Below, piece after piece: positions 62,371 to 64,000 of a stretch of 64,000 nt of DNA. The notes beneath the pieces were generated by a model, which was given only the letters and a program-made list of their open reading frames with translations, made no database searches and was not told where the DNA came from. Made by a program: the position numbers and the translations under genes. Position 1 is the first letter of the stretch. Each line of letters begins with the position of its first letter. The DNA is from Glaucostegus cemiculus (Eukaryota), in contig CDPCPM010000233.1 in assembly GCA_976551045.1 (NCBI GenBank), positions 7,006,001-7,070,000 of the forward strand. Reading direction: 5' to 3'.

Positions 62371-64000
62371 GTAACCCACTCCCCCTACCAAAAAAAGTTC
62401 AGCTTCTCAATTTGATCAGTTCTGAAAAAAAAACCTATTTCAAATTTGTCAGCATGTTTATTTTGGTACTGCTTTGGAATCGCTGATCTTCAGTTGACTA
62501 TTGTCTGATCCAGGCTACATTGAGTATCTTTGATGCAGTACAAAGTAAGCTAACCTGGACTTTTTGTCACTTAATTCTTAAAGCATTTTGGATCAATGAT
62601 TGAAAAACAAGTTGTGTGCACCTACTTAACTGGTAGTGGTTACCTCAAGAATTGTTAGTAAGTTGGTTGAGAAATATAATCCCATAGTAACCAAAATGTC
62701 ACAATATTTAAAAGTTGATACTTTGCCTAGTTATTTCAAACAGTGGAAGTGGCATTTGATATTAGATTCTGACAACCAATTTTCCAAATTAATTCATATT
62801 TATATCTTTTCTTAAAATACCAATTCTTTTCTATGGGGCATGCACGTCTGCAGTTCACCAATACTGATTTGAATGCTGTCAATTCAGATCAGCAAGGCTT
62901 GTGTCTTGCTTTACATTTGACAGGTAGTCTCAGAAAAAACAGGAAGTACCATGTGGTAACTATAATTGCCAAACTCGTAATCTGATAGATGGCAATGATT
63001 TGGTATTTTCTTGAATTTTAATGTTATAAAAAGGGATTGAAATATGGTCCTTGATCAGTAGTTTCAAAAAACTTAGTATTGTAGCACTGAACATCATGTT
63101 CCTCTTTCAAAATTCAGTTCCATTGATGTCAACAGATATCAGTAAGTAGCAGGGCACATTAGCTAGCCACTATTATATTGCACATTTAACACAACCCATT
63201 GAGGATAAGTTACTTTCTGAAATGGGATTCTTATCCCTAGTTTTAAATTTAAAATCCATGCTTTGGAGTTCGAATGTGTGGAAGTGGAAATTTGTATGTC
63301 GTATTAATTTCAGAGAGGCTTTCATTGTGAGAAACTCTTGGTTTGATTCAACAATGTGTTTTTAAAAAATAAATCATCCTTCTGTTCTTAAGCTCACTGG
63401 AATAGATATTCACTTCCTGATTCTTCACAAGTCAATGGACAAATTGCCTCAAGGCAGTTTTGATAGTAGAAGCCATCGCATCTAACTGCGTGATGGAATT
63501 CTTCACTGCTTGTTTGCTGTGCTTTTTGCTTCTTAGAATTGCAAACTATTGTTTGGTTGCAGGACCTCATTTTAAAATTAATGTGTAGCTTGAGCAAAAT
63601 GGCTGCTGGCTCTAGGTCTCATTGAAGTTTTGGGTCTGTTCCATCAGTTTTTCCATCATTTCAATGTACTGTTTGGAGGGTCTCAGACTTTTTTGAAGTA
63701 ATTTTTCAGGTTATTTGATTACCATACTATTATGTTGTCTCAATCTACGATGAGGAATTCAGTTGATGTGTTTGAAGCTTTGAGTTCAGCCAACTTATTT
63801 AATGAGAATGCTATCAATAAGGAATGCATAATCAGTGATTAATAATCAGCATTTAAAATTTATCTTTAAGAAATGTAATTGTATGGAATTCACAATTTTT
63901 TTTTAAATGTGATTCCCTGGAACTTTTATTTCCATGCCAGTGTTAATAACAGGGATTTGCCAATTTCCCCTTGAAAATCCCAGTTCCCAACATTAGCATA

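Noticed and set aside
2298-63597. Remaining 60-170 aa ORFs in the supplied track
   Set aside because: Intronic or intergenic, often with non-ATG starts, with no domains or splice-consistent structure; many overlap decayed repeats.

Overview
Vertebrate genomic DNA, almost certainly from a cartilaginous fish (shark/ray): the repeats are HE1-type V-SINEs, Deu-SINE remnants, CR1 and Rex1/Babar LINEs and many Penelope pLTR fragments. Reading splice sites by hand gives a complete + strand IGFN1 gene with 23 coding exons from ATG 8033 to TGA 50510-50512. All introns are GT-AG and all phases agree, giving 6222 nt, or 2073 aa, with architecture Ig-THB-Ig-Ig-[giant low-complexity exon]-Ig-Ig-FN3-FN3-FN3-Ig-FN3-Ig. 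The 2610-nt symmetric exon (28731-31340) encodes a Gly/Met-rich tandem array of GMGKDGMGGL(G/D). About 3 kb downstream, a CpG-rich promoter with several CCAAT boxes precedes an IKBIP/CKAP4-like type II membrane coiled-coil gene (3 exons visible, no stop found in the window). The introns hold a young, 5'-truncated CR1 LINE with an intact ORF, a solo LTR with a 5-bp TSD, a fossil Harbinger transposase, and many Penelope-derived fold-back elements carrying hammerhead-ribozyme core remnants. All calls come from reading the sequence by eye; no database searches were run.
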